From: Dicyema japonicum
Taxonomy: Eukaryota; Animalia; Dicyemida
Length of the DNA: 64,000 nucleotides
Assembly (NCBI GenBank): GCA_011109175.1
Contig: RDEW01000011.1
Location: 621,061 to 685,060 of the forward strand
Reading direction: 5' to 3'
The notes under the pieces are model-generated. The model did no database searches and was not told where the DNA came from. It was given only the letters and a program-made list of their open reading frames with translations. Made by a program: the position numbers and the translations under genes. Numbering within the stretch: position 1 is the first letter of the stretch; the number at the start of each line of letters is the position of its first letter. This document shows, piece by piece, positions 1 through 12,870 of the stretch.

Positions 1-39
1 GGGGTTCCCAACCTTTACAGCAAATGGACCAGCACAATG
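1..39 (+). mobile_element. Truncated left end of a Buster-type hAT element, cut by the window edge
   Basis: GGGGTTCCCAACC-TTTACAGCAAATGGACCA (1-31) nearly duplicates the left end of the element starting at 48. Confidence 0.7.
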
Positions 40-47
40 ATCCAGAG

Positions 48-2642
48 CAAGGGTTCGCAACCTTTTACAGCAAATGGACCACTTTCTAAAAATTCCATGA
101 ACCACTTCTTATCATACTTAAGGTTAAATCAATTTTTTTAAAGATTTTTTATGGTTTTATTATCAAATGAATAAAAATTAAATTAAGGCATCTGAATGGC
201 CATGCTATTTCCCTAACAATAGCCAACGAGATACGTTCTCGGAATCAACCAGTCTCTCGCGGATCCTTGGTCACAGCTTGAATCATGGAGCCGATCTTAC
301 GAACCAACTCATCTGCTTGGGGGCCAAGGATTCCTGACGTTTCCACCGCGAATAGAACAAAAAGATACTCTCCGAAATTCTCTGGTACTTCCTCCTCTTT
401 CGTTCCTCGGCCTGCTTTGAAGCATGTCCTGGGTCTGAAGCAGAAGCAACCAAATTAGACGGGGAATAAATATCAACACACGTCGCGTCCCAGATCAGGT
501 TTCGTCCGTTGGCGAATGGAAAAGTCGTCATCCCATTAGGGCGTTTTCCATCGTTTCGGGAAAGACCAGCAGGTTCTAACAGGCAATGGTGTCCAGCAAA
601 TTAAAAAAAATTTTTACACGTTTGCATATATATAATTAATTAAATTATTTTAAATATTTTATGAACATATTCAAATATTTCCTACTTACTTATTTTGCCG
701 TGATATATTTAGTACACAATTTTTAAAGACTGTATCTTTTTAGATTGTAAGAATGTCGGAACCAACTAGTAAAATGACAAAAATTATGAATTACCATGAA
801 GGTTTTATTCTGTTTGGTTTTGTGTCTGTAGACTCAAAACCTACTTGCCTTGAATGTTCTGCCATCTTGACAAATGATTCTACTTAGAAAGTCAAACCGG
901 AGTAGCACTAGAAGTCAAAGCATCCATCGTTTGTTGCTAAAGATATGAAAATTTTTGTGAATAAAGAGAGAAGGCAGCCAGTCAAACTATTTGACTTTGT
1001 AAAGAAAATGAATACTACAAATGCAAAGATAATTAAAACAAGCTATTTGGTCTCCGAAATTATTGCCAAGTTGGAGCACCTCAGGTTTATGGGGAGAAGC
1101 TTGTCAAACCTGCTATGCTAGCTTGTGTTAATGAAGTTTCGGAAAAGATGCTGCATTTGCTATGAGTAAAATTCTCCTTTCAAACAATACAAGAAGACTG
1201 GATGTCTAATTTTCTTAAGGAAAAGATAGTCGGAATTCTGCAGAAGACAGTCTTCTATGCAGGTTGATGAGAGCACAATTCATAACGAAACCCTCCTTCT
1301 TGTCTAGATTTATCCATGAAGGTGATATAAGAGAAGAAATGTTATTCCTTTAAAGTTTGCTTGACACTATTTGTGGAGAAAATACATTCAATGAAGCAAT
1401 ATTTGAATGATAAAAACATTCCATTGACTAACTTATCCATATTGCATCAGATGGAGCTACGACTGGAAAAGTCAAAGACTTTGTATCAAGAATCAAATCA
1501 GTGCTCCTCACATATTACATATTTTCTGCATTATCCACATACAGCATTCGGTCGCTAAGAATATTGGAGGAGATATGGAAGAACCACTCAACACTGCCAT
1601 GCTTGCAATTAACTTTGTCAAAAATAATTCAGTGAATGACAGAATATTTGAACAATTTTGTAAAGATGAAAATATTAAAACTCTATTTCTTCACACAAAA
1701 GTAAGATGCTTATCAAAAGGTCTGAGGAAGACTAGTGAATATCTGCGAACCATAATCAACTTTCTCAAGTCAGTAATAAAATATTTCAACTCCAAGAAGC
1801 AAGTTGATAAGGCTAATAAAATTTTGGAAGGGCCTAAGTCTAAATCCAAAATTTTATATCTCACTGATATCTTTACAACAGTGAATCAGCTTACCTTGAA
1901 GCTACAAGGTGGAAGATCAGACTTAATCACCTGTGCACAGAAAATAAAAGACTATGTGGGAAATTGAAATTTGGAAAAAGTTTGAAAAAAAAAACAATCT
2001 GGCATTACTGTTATTTAAAAAATTTAACAACAACGGAATGCATTGCTGCATGCACTGCCCATCTTGATGGTCTTATTGTAGATTTTGAGAGAAGATTCAA
2101 TTACCTTTTAAATATGGATTATCCACTCTAATTTGTGGACCTAAAAATTATGAACCAGGGCATGAAAATCCTGAGTTAGTTGAAATATTATTGGATTTGA
2201 AAGAAAATGTGAAACTGAGAACAAAAGTTTATAAAGAAGGTGTCATTGACCACATATTAATAAAAGACTCACATTCTAGTGTTTTCCAGCATGTAGAAGC
2301 AAGCATAATTTCTTTCCCTACCACATGGATGGTTGAATCTGGTTTTTCTGCTGTTTTGGATTTTTTTAGTAAAAAACGAAGCACATTGGACATCAACAGC
2401 AGAGGAACAATAAGATTGAATGCCTGCATCAAAATTGACTTTGATATCTTGTGTCAGAAATATCAACGTAGTCACTAGTTAATTGAATGTTGTCAATATG
2501 TTTTTTTTGTTTATCCTTGATTATTAAAATAAAGAGCTTCAAAAAAGTTGGCTAGTTACATTTTTGTGAAATCGCTCTGTGGACCACTGCAATTTCACTG
2601 TGAACCGCAGGTGGTCCACTTGGACCACGTTGGGAAACACTG
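48..2642 (+). mobile_element. hAT (Buster/SPIN-like) DNA transposon with pseudogenised transposase (about 760-2478)
   Basis: TIRs CAAGGGTTCGCAAC (48) and GTTGGGAAACACTG (2629-2642). Perfect 8-bp TSD ATCCAGAG at 40-47 and 2643-2650. Subterminal TGGACCAC repeats. Broken ORFs carry Buster motifs such as YLTDIF..NQLTLKLQG and FPTTWMVESGFS. Confidence 0.9.
195..595 (-). mobile_element. 3' fragment of a CRE-clade non-LTR retrotransposon (RLE domain) nested in the hAT element
   Basis: ORF 283-531 reads FPFANGRNLIWDATCVD..RKRRKY, matching the RLE region of the copy at 15652-16644. Confidence 0.8.
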
Positions 2643-2650
2643 ATCCAGAG

Positions 2651-2780
2651 GACGTTGGCCGGGGAGCTGAGGTCGATTCCTGAACTCGTCGCCAGGGAAC
2701 GAAATTGTCTCCCGGTGGAATGAATAGTTGGATTTTTTTGAATCCCGGCCAGGCATTGGGTGTCTCCTGAGTGAGATAGA
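2651..2780 (-). mobile_element. LINE apurinic-endonuclease fragment
   Basis: HSTGRQFRSLATSSGIDL recurs as HSTGRQFCSLATSFGFDLCFLN at about 48600-48694, resembling the APE 'N..G..L...DL..LN' segment. Confidence 0.5.
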
Positions 2781-3939
2781 TCCAATGATGCCCTCTTCCA
2801 ATAGATCAATCATAATCCTCTCTTCTGAGGGACGTCCGAGTAAACCTGGCTCGTCTACGAATGTAGGCACCACCCCTATCTACCAACGTACGATATCCTC
2901 TGTCCTTTTTGTAACTTCTACTCGTAGACAAACAAATCACCTATTAGAGTGCATGAATTAGCACAACGTTCGTCTACAATGCCAGGACTGACCGATCTAT
3001 AGGAGCGACCAACATTTGCTGCTTCTTATTTAATAGCTGCTGACCTCCTACAAGTTAGTGAAACCGGGGTTACTTAACTAACTAAATCAGAGGGAAGATA
3101 AATTTTTAAATAATTATCCACAGCACCACATTTTTAAAATTATTTAAAAATAACTGTCTTGAACTGGTCCATGTTTGGAGACAAGCTATTAAACGCGGCA
3201 AAAATTAAACGTACTTTATATTCTCTCGATTCTGTCATTTTTTGAATCCGCCACCTCTATCATTCAATGCCAATCGAACATCGAGAGGATTTAAATCACG
3301 GAAGCTAGATGGAGGCTCTTTGGATAGTTCTGAGAATGGACCTTGATACTTTGGTTGACCTGACCATGAAAGACTTCGCCTCTGACGCTCCCCGATTCTT
3401 TGATGACTTGGCCTCTGGCAACTGGGATAACCTGGAGGCGTTCATGGATAGAAAACTCCCTTCTATTAAGGAAGAGTTTGTAGTGAAACAGATCTGGAGG
3501 AAATGGATGTTTCCTCAGTGAAATCCTTGAGGAGTACATGCGAACAAACTTTCGATTGCGTCCGTTTTGAGAAACCCGCATTCCAGGCCTGATTTTGAGT
3601 AAAATAATATTAGAAAAAGGTTTTTCGTTTCCGGGGGAAGTGTAGACACGAGGAAAATCGTATCTACTATAAGAAAAAAATATATGCTCTCTAGCGAAAA
3701 ATAAAGAAGGGCCTTGTGAAGCTGGAGAGTGAAAGGTGGAGGAGAGCCCGCGAGAGGGTGAACTCCACATAGTCAGACTTTTGGAAGCAGTTAAAGATCT
3801 TGTCGGATAGAGGGGAGGATTCGTCTGAGCGTACCTTCTGTCGTTTGGATGGCCCTAAAACCTCGGACCCGGCCGAAATTGCGGAGATATTTACAGCAAG
3901 TTTCGGTTCCATCTCAATAGTTCGTTTAATTTGTAGAGA

Positions 3940-5200
3940 AATCTGCCCGTCAGTGCGTGCATGATGTTATCTTTTCAGAGAGACGCAGACTATGTAGCTT
4001 TCATGAGTTCGGGTGGGAGCTCGAGCGCTCCTTTCCAAGCAATAGCTATGGAAAAGGTCCTAGCTGCTATTGGAAAGTCTAAGAACAACACGCCAGGGCA
4101 AGACAAGATTCCCATGGACCTTTTCAAACACGCTCTTGTAAGTATACTTGGAGGACTGGTAAGGCTTTATAGCGGTAGCCTCAGGTTGGGTTACGTTCCT
4201 AGACTTTTGAAGGAAATGAAACTGGTTTTTGTAAAAAAACCAGGAAAACCTCCGGAAGAGCCTAGTTGCCTGGCGTCGCTAAAATCTTAGAGAGAGATAC
4301 ACCATAGGTTAGCCAAGCAATGCCTGATAAAAGACACCCTCTCGGACCTTCACATGGAATTCTATGATGGGCGATCTTGTGGTGATTTCCTTCGGAAGTT
4401 GACCTCTCAGATCCGCAACCAGAAGAAGATGAATAAGTGCACTGTTTCTTGATGTAGAAAGGCGTTCGACTCGGTCTAGTACGACGGCCTCCGATGCGCC
4501 CTTGTCAAGACAGGAATTCCTCTGGAGCTGAGAAGATAGATCTCTAGCTTTTTGGAAGATAGGATGATCTACGTGAGGCATAAAGACTGCCGATCTAGTT
4601 TGTTTAGATCTAACTGGGGAGTTCCACAAGGGTCAGTGATGAGCCCCATCCTTCTTAATATATAGATGTCAAAGCTCTCTCACCCAGTCAATGTAAAAAC
4701 GGAAATGCTGTTTATACTGATGACATACTACTCTAGAATCACTCGTGGAGATCAGATGTGACGCGTCAGAGGATGTAAGGCGCTGTTGATGGAATCATAT
4801 GCTGGTGTGATAGCAGAGGACTCAGACTCAAGCCTGAAAAATGCAGGTTATTAGTCTTTGGCCGCCCTAAGGGGTCTAATAATATAATACCTAGAGTAAC
4901 CATCTATGGGATTCTTATAGAGGTCATTGGGAAGATGAGGTACCTAGGATTGACTTTCAACTCTAAGTGTAGCTTCCAGGAGCACACTGCCTTCGTTAAG
5001 AGGCGAGCTGTGCAAAGATTGGGTGCGATGAGGCCTTCTCAGCTAAGCCGTGATGCTTGGGACAAAGTGTCCTATGCTCACCTATAGCGTTCACTCTTGG
5101 TATCACAACGAGGAACGCGAAAAGTGCCTCGTTAACCTGCAGAAGGTCCGGCGGCGTTCAATACGGTATTTTTTGGGGATGTTTTATCCGCAGCGTTCAA
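3940..5200 (+). mobile_element. Degenerate APE-type LINE reverse transcriptase (Jockey/I-group-like)
   Basis: KSKNNTPGQDKIPMDLFKH..KLVFVKKPGKP; downstream frames give FLDVEKAFD-like, GVPQGSV.SP.LL and YTDD-like motifs with stops and frameshifts. Confidence 0.8.
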
Positions 5201-5585
5201 TAAGGTGAAGTAGAATTAATGTGATCACAAAAGTTCCTTTTGTCTTTTTTTGAATTCAAGATGGAAGATCTTAAAGCCTTTGTGGCTCAATCTGATAGAT
5301 CCTGCTCCCATATTAGATGTTACAGAGATCTGTATAAACATATTCTCTCTAGAATTCAAAAACTAAAGGATCATGAGGGATAGACATCTTGGAATTCTCA
5401 ATATTGACTCTAGTCCCATCATTCTTGTTTCCAATAATTGTTCCTATAGAACCTCCATCCTTCGCCATGTCCTCTTTCACTTTGCCATTAATACACGAGA
5501 CACTTTTTGAACCATTCAGTTAGCCATTAATAATAATAAAGCCTTTTCACGAGAGCCAAAGTATTTATAGCTCCGCATAGGCAGG

Positions 5586-5850
5586 AGACACACTTTATTT
5601 AAGTAAAGAACAGTTAATTTTAACTAATCGTAGAACCAAGAAATGATCTTCATTTCTTTTATTTTTTTTCTTGTGTGTGGGTCCTTTCTAGACAATTCGG
5701 TTCCGCAGTGAGTATCCACTTATGACGGCGTCACTCGTCAAACCATTTCTGCATCGTAGATGCGTGGAACCTTCCACCAGGTAAACAGCAGCGAGATTCG
5801 AACCCGTAGCCTAAGTCACTTAAGTCCGACACACCTAACCACTAGCCATT
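5586..5850 (-). mobile_element. tRNA-derived SINE, family B copy 1
   Basis: Minus strand has an A box TGGCTAGTGG and a B box GGTTCGAATC. The body (GACGGCGTCA.TCGTCAA..ATGCGTGGAA) and the tail ACACTTTATTTAAGTAAAGAACAGTTA are shared with 62299-62535. Confidence 0.75.
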
Positions 5851-6499
5851 AATAGACATCTAAAAACTAAATTCATGCCGTTTTATAGGGTTCTCCGACC
5901 ATTAGCGTCACTTTTACCTAGGAGCTTGTAGGATATTGGTAATAACCATATCCACAAGAGCTTTCTTTTGGTTTAAGATTGAAGATGTTTTTCACAGATT
6001 TTATGTCCGGTATAGATTGGAATCATTATCGACTATTCATGTCCAAGAGTTTGTGTGGTCGGAGAGAGTGTTTGTCATCGCAGGAAGAAATAATTAAGTG
6101 GAAAAATATATGATTCCACGAAGACGTATCTACAACTTTATGGGAAGATATTTTAAAAGAATAACAATAAAAATTCTGCGCCACAAATAGTTATCAAATT
6201 CGAGAGGAACCGATTAAGGGCGAAGTATAGACGTTGTGTCGACTTAATACACAGGGAGGCTATTAACGAAAGGATTTCTCTTACTCTACGGATGCGAAGA
6301 GTGGTTTTTCTCCAAAAAGAACAAGATTTTTTTCTGGCCAGGGTATAACTCGTCTAGAAATAATATAGGAATAAACATTAAATGTTAAGATTTTTAAATA
6401 TTTTCATTTATTTATACTTTTTTATGTACATTTAAAAATAAAAATTATATTTATTACATGTTATTTTCGTGTTTTTCTGTTATAACTATATTACGAATG

Positions 6500-6720
6500 G
6501 AACGCCCCATCGTGAATGCGAAGATCCAGTCACTCGACCGATACGTGCTTGTGTGGGGTCGAGGGAGGAAGCATCGGGCCAAGATGAGGTCCCAGCTAGA
6601 GCGTGCTGGGATCACGTGATTAGGACGAGAACCAAAGTCCGAAGCTCGTATTTCCAAACCATGCTAAACTGAGGAGGATGGGAACAGATGAAGTCTCCAG
6701 GCCATAGAGGCATGACTGTT
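6500..6720 (+). mobile_element. Probable LINE (RTE-like) C-terminal fragment
   Basis: RACWDHVIRT resembles the conserved RLRW.GHV.R motif at LINE C-termini. Confidence 0.35.
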
Positions 6721-6899
6721 CAATAAACCCTCAAACTAACTTCCTAACTTTCTTGCTTAATAAATGTTATGTTATCGTCACTTTCCCAATCAATAGTGTC
6801 ACTAAAATTTAAGGTTAAAACATTTATTTAAAGGTAAAAATAAAATATTTAAAATGTTTCTCATTTTCAGGCCCTCTTGTGGAAATATAGTTTTCCATG

Positions 6900-8820
6900 A
6901 TAACAATAATATCTGGCCCCTGAGAAGGTGTCCACACAAGTTGCGTCCCAGACGAGTGATTTTCCATGGGAGTATGGGAATAACGTCATGCCATCCGGCT
7001 TTTTCCCGTCGCCTCTGTCTAAGCCCAAAGGTTCCAATTGGACCGGAAATCCCGTGGCCTTGAGGGCTCGAAAAATGATGTCATTGAGAGCGGCGTGACG
7101 CGAGGCTCGACCAGCACTTCGTCGGCAAGAGACTGGATGTAAGCCTTTCGTATCAACGTCCCCATCGCAACGGCATTTCTGTCTCTGGCATATGTAGAGT
7201 CCTAGGCGCAGTGCCACCGCGTTTCTCAGGTGGTTTTGTCAAGGAGGGTCCCCAGATGTGGGCACGGTAGGGCCTCGAGCCAGACTCTATTTCCGCGATG
7301 TGCGGCCGACTTAATGCTTGCTAGTCGGTGTTGGTTGGCGCTTATCTTCGCGGCCTCCAGAGTGCTCATACATGCAATTGAGTCTCAACTCTTCTGGCAA
7401 GGTATTCCAAGCCCAACTCTTCCCACAACTTGTTAACTCTACAAGCTCCGAGTTCAGGCCTAGCCTTTAAGTCTGGGAATTATTGTTGTTGAAATAGCTC
7501 TTCACGACGTGGACTGCTGTCTCGCAACCACCGGTCACTCCCACCCCAAGTTGAGTCGGGAACAGCTCTTCAGCAATATTGTGGGAGACTCTCCGGGCAG
7601 CGATTTTAGCAACAAGCCTTCGAAAGTATGTACCGATCGCAATTGGGCGGACACTTCCATCTCCATTTTTTTCGGAATGCCAATAGATGTCCACAAAAAA
7701 AAGATCTCTAGCAAATTTTGGAATATCACCATTAACTATTCGACTGAGCATCATGGTGATAGACGTTAACAAGGCACGGCCGGCTTCAGCAGTAGCTTCG
7801 GAGGTTAAGTCCTCTACATGGCTTGGGCGCAGTCCGTGTAGACCTCCACAGCTACTGGGAGCAAAAGACTTTATTCCACGCACTACTTCAAATTCCGTGG
7901 GAGTAAATGCCGAGAGGTCATCTGCCATTGTCAAGTTCCGCTGGTTCGGTGGTGGAGCAAGGTGCTCCTTCTCAGTAACTCCAAAACTTCTCAGCACGGC
8001 TTCAACAGTGATTCGTCACAAGACACTACTCTTACAGCTGCGCGAACGTCCCCTTCCATCAGTTTTCGGTTCACTCTTTTTAAATGTTTTAGAATCTTCC
8101 TGTTTACACCCAGTTTCTGTAGACAACTGTTTACGCTGAAGTACTTGCTTAGGCTCGATTCCTGAGTCTTTCTGCGTTGAAGTAGCCAAAAAGGCAGAAG
8201 TATTCTTCTTGATTTTTGAGGCCAGTGATCCGTTGCGAGCTTGCTCTTAGAAATAAATTCCTAGGGTCATAGGTGCAAAGCTCAATAGACGTATCCAAGA
8301 GGCCTGGTCGCTGGTATGATGGCTTTATAAATTAATGACGTGAGACATTCAGCAGCGGGAATTCGAGCGGCCTTTGGTATCCTCAGTGGAATCCGTCTAC
8401 TTTTCCGACTCTCCGATAGGCGTAACAAAAAAGGTTCGATTTGTCCAGAATAAGAATAAGAGAGATGACTGAATTCGGCCTGATGATGGCACCGAGCGAG
8501 GTCGGCATCCATACAGTATGCGCAGTCCCATATGTAAAGAGATCTTGCAGCCAATTTCGACATTCGGACACACCCAAAGTGGAAAAATCTTCCGCAAGAT
8601 CTGCAATTCAACCCGTACTTCCTCGCGTTGCAATATCCACAAGACACGGACTGCTCTTTCGATCTCGCAGGTAAAGTAGTATTTCTTCGGATGTAACGTG
8701 GTTTATAGATAAACAGTGAACAGAGTCAGACTTGGCCTGATTAGTTTTCTGTATGTTCTTTTCTGGTTTTCCTTTTCTTTTTCTCTTATTTCTTAGCACC
8801 ACAACGACCACAACGAGTAG
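6900..8820 (-). mobile_element. CRE-clade retrotransposon with PHD finger, internally deleted and 3'-truncated
   Basis: 5' end resembles the 18580 end of the long copy. PHD CGYC..CRSCGRFFHFGC..WDCAYC (8282-8647). RT N-half GGLHGLRPSH..RPIAIG..QLGVG (7467-7997). [23 protein letters not shown] (6867-7217). The RT core with YLDD is missing. Confidence 0.9.
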
Positions 8821-9548
8821 AGTTCCAAAACCTACATTCTCAATTGGATTGAGAAATGGTGAGTAAGGGGGTAAATATGGAGGTTTGATATCAAAAATAA
8901 AGATCGCATCACAAAGTTTTTTAAAAATTCCGGAAAATTAGTCTTCGATGCAATTTCTGGTTCTAATTGCCCCTATATGCATCTAGGAAAAAGACCCTGA
9001 AGCAGCTCTTCCACCCCTTAGTCTTAAGGATGCTGAAAATACGACCTCATTATGAGTTTAAAGAAGTCAATCTAACGTGTGATAGGAATCCTGTTGAGTG
9101 ACATTATTATTCTTACCAAGGTTGAGAACATTGGAAGATCAGGAATCTGACAGAATTTAAAGCAATCAGAAGATGGTATTTTTTGATTACAAGGAGTTGT
9201 ATGGTGGTTATTATGCTTGATTCCAAACCAAGTATTTGATCTCCTACTGTCATATGTAAGTCTATTTCATCGGTTGTATACGTGCAGGTTCGAAGAGATG
9301 ACTTTTAAAGATCTTACAATTTTTGGCTGGACGAGACACAAATCCAGATCCTACGGCATTCTGCATTTCCTTTGTTTGGAACTTCGGGTTTCCGATGTCT
9401 CGTGAGTCTTTCATTGAGTCTGTCATCTGTCCATACCTAATAGAAGGAAGACAGGGATTTGGTTCATTATTATCCAAGGAAAATTTATGGAAATTCCAAA
9501 AATGTACCAAAATGAGGGGGTGAATGAATAACGTAATTGAGACTAACT

Positions 9549-9735
9549 CACCTAAATGACACGTGAGTGACTTGTAACAACAACTAAATGTTCCTCAGCC
9601 ACACGAATGTCACGTATACCGACTTGTGTACGATAACTATATGTTCCACATGCACCTAAATGACACGTGGGTGACTTGTAAACAACAATTTAATGTTCCA
9701 TATAGACACAAATGTCACGTGGGTGACTTGGAATT
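9549..9735. repeat. Degenerate tandem repeat, unit about 52 bp, about 3.5 copies
   Basis: Units of the form CACCTAAATGACACGTG(A/G)GTGACTTGTAA..ATGTTCC start near 9549, 9600, 9653 and 9706. Confidence 0.8.
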
Positions 9736-10685
9736 AATAATCTGATGTATCAGCGAATAAATGGCACATGATTTTATTAACCGCGGATACGCTCAAAAGA
9801 ATAAAGAAAAGAAGACAGTCATGCAGTTGTGGGTTTTCCTCTAATAGAGTGGGGGAGAACAATTATCGTGTTTGTTGCTACCCAAGAAACTGGGCATTAT
9901 CAGAAACAAGTTGATCACATGACGCCACTCTAGTAGAATGGGAGAAGATAATGAAGAGATGATAAACCTTCTACTAAGCTACCAGTGGTGAGAATGGAGC
10001 CCACTACCAATTGCTACAGTAAAACATTCCCACTACACTACTTAATAACCTCATTGCTAAAATTAGGCAACTCTCTTCTGAGTACCCCCTCTCAAGAATC
10101 GCAAACGAACCACTAGCTCTTCCGCTATAGCACCATACTACCCTCATGGGAGCCTTGGTCCTCACCGTCTTTATTTACGGGACAAACGTAAGCCCAGAAT
10201 TGAGTGTTAATGAAATAAGCAAAAAGATACATTAAAATAGAGTAAATGACTAAATAAAATAAGGGAGAGTGGTAATATTGATGTGTTCCTCGGATAAGGA
10301 GGCGTTGAGGTCATCAATGGTCAGAGTGCATTTGCTTGGCTTTATTTTTGGGGCGAGGCTGCCAAACGAACGAAGTTTACAGTTCTGAAATGAATTCCCC
10401 ACAATCTCACACACGTGCTGTTGACATACCACTGATATTAATTTTAGTCTATCCAATAACTAGATTTATACTACAATTTATCGTCAATTTCAGGTACCCC
10501 TGCTGTACGGAGGTAATACGAGATGACCTTTGGTGGAATCTATTTTCGTAATTAATTGGTACCAGAGGTTCAAAGTCATCAATTTTAGAGTATACTTCAT
10601 CAATTTCTTGCGTCATCACAACAAAAATTTTTTTAAATATTTATTGATTAAAATTATTTAAAATAATTAATTTTAAATTTTAGTA

Positions 10686-11050
<365 letters not shown>

Positions 11051-11644
11051 TATGGGTGATTTTAAATAAATTTAGCGTAAAATGGTTTAAAAACACAATT
11101 TAATGTTCGTGACGTAGTTTGTTGAACAATTACTTAGAGATCGTCGTAATTGCTAAATCATTCAAAGTAACTGAATTGGCTAATGCGATGCACGTACTCT
11201 TCGTATGGTGGGCAATAAAAATTTATGTCCTCATCCTCAACCCACGAGAGCTACAACCCATTCCTATGTTTTTGTGAAGAAGGCGAATGCTTCCTTATTT
11301 CTGTCCCGTAAGTTCTTTCTTCCAATTAATTTCCTTGTAAACAAGAGCACTTCAGGACAACGGTGGGTACAATGGAGGACCACAGAGATGGCCTGATAAT
11401 AGCGGGAACTGGTCACCTAACTATTTGAATATAGTTTGCATCTTACTCAGTGACTCTGAGTTATGAATATGAACCATCAAGGAAGTCTGGAAAGACACCT
11501 CAAAGTGAGAGATACGCTAAATCGTATTTGGGATAAAAGTAGTGTTTGACCAATATTTTTGACCTTCATTATCTAGCACAGTTGTGAATCTTTGTTACTA
11601 TTACTAGAATAGAGATCCTTGATCTTTTTCATTAACCAAACACG

Positions 11645-11905
11645 AAAAAAGTTCTATCCCCCGGTCGAAGTGGGACGTATCTTTCCAGTATCCACCAGTG
11701 CGAATTTCTCCACTGGAGTAGAGATGAGAAGGATCATCTTTAGACGCCGTCCAGACATGGGCGTCTCCTTAGTGAGGTGGATTCAATAACGCCTCTAAGA
11801 ATTGAAAAAGGCTCCACTCAAGGAGGAAGCCCTTCCCCCAAGCTGATAACTGCGTGGGAATCTAACCCACAGCTAAATGTGAGCGACAGCTGCAATATCA
11901 GCCAA
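11645..11905 (-). mobile_element. tRNA-derived SINE, family A copy
   Basis: A/B-box-like head (TTGGCTGATATTG, GGTTAGATTCC), core GGAGACGCCC..AAAGATGATCC..TACTCCAGTGGAG, and tail CACTTCGACCGGGGGA. Confidence 0.65.
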
Positions 11906-12870
11906 ATCTCAAATTAACTAATTGACGTGGGAAATAAACTAAAATTTCTTGGCAAATAATCAATAATTAGAGTTACAGAATAGAGGTTTTGATATAACCG
12001 TGACATTCCAGCGTGACGTCATCGAAGTACTCCCGTCTGTTCTGGGCATCTAACAAATACATGTAAATTTTGTTTTTCTCGTGTTCATTGTTAATTATGT
12101 AAGTTCCGAATCCGTACTTCCCCACATTATTAGTGGTTGGTCCCATGAAGACGTCCAAGTCATTGTCTCCCTTTATAATGTCTCCAATCGCTGTCCATAA
12201 ATGACTGGAACTTGGCAGTCATGGAAAACTCTGGAAAGTTTGAGTGGATACTTATGGTCTCGCAAGGAAGACTTTTATTAACATTTGAGCTTTTAGCTTT
12301 AACCACGATGAAAGGCAGAACAAGAAAGAAGACAATCACTAAACATTATCAGCACATTCTAACTTGTTAAAAGAACCCCCAGCTTTACCTGGTTGGTTGT
12401 AGAACTGTTCCTTATTTGGTTGAATCTCTCCTTTGAAATGTTTACAATTCGGCGACAGAACACTTTGGTAGGACAATCAAGGGTCTCTTCTGGCTGTATC
12501 ATTTGGATATTTTAGTCGACGATTATCTAAATATAAGAAATTTGTTTCCTTTTTAAAACATTTGGACATTCGCATAAAATGTTCTAAACTCGTAATTTTA
12601 ATTTCCAAATACAGCTAATTTTATTATTAGCACCATACATCCCATCATCCTAGCTTCTGACAGATGATCTCCTGAGTTCTCCCAATTTTTAGTGGGCAAA
12701 TCCTTCACGCATCAGACACTTCCTTTGTTCAGAACTTTGGTTTATGATTTCCCTCGAGTTCGTCTATGGTCACGAGAAGGAAAATGTAGGCTTTCATCCA
12801 CCATGAAGCAAAGTAGGTATTCAGTGGGTATATGTCGCCACCTCCACCGCCGACCAACTAACCACTAATT

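Noticed and set aside
5790-5850. tRNA genes here and at 11850-11905, 14670-14730 and 59790-59850
   Set aside because: A and B boxes are present but there is no complete cloverleaf, and each runs into a repeated SINE body.
9549-9735. CRISPR-like repeat-spacer array
   Set aside because: The units are degenerate along their whole length with no unique spacers, there are no cas genes, and the context is eukaryotic.
11973-12340. Secreted orphan protein
   Set aside because: It needs a frameshift and has no convincing start or splice site; no homology recognised.
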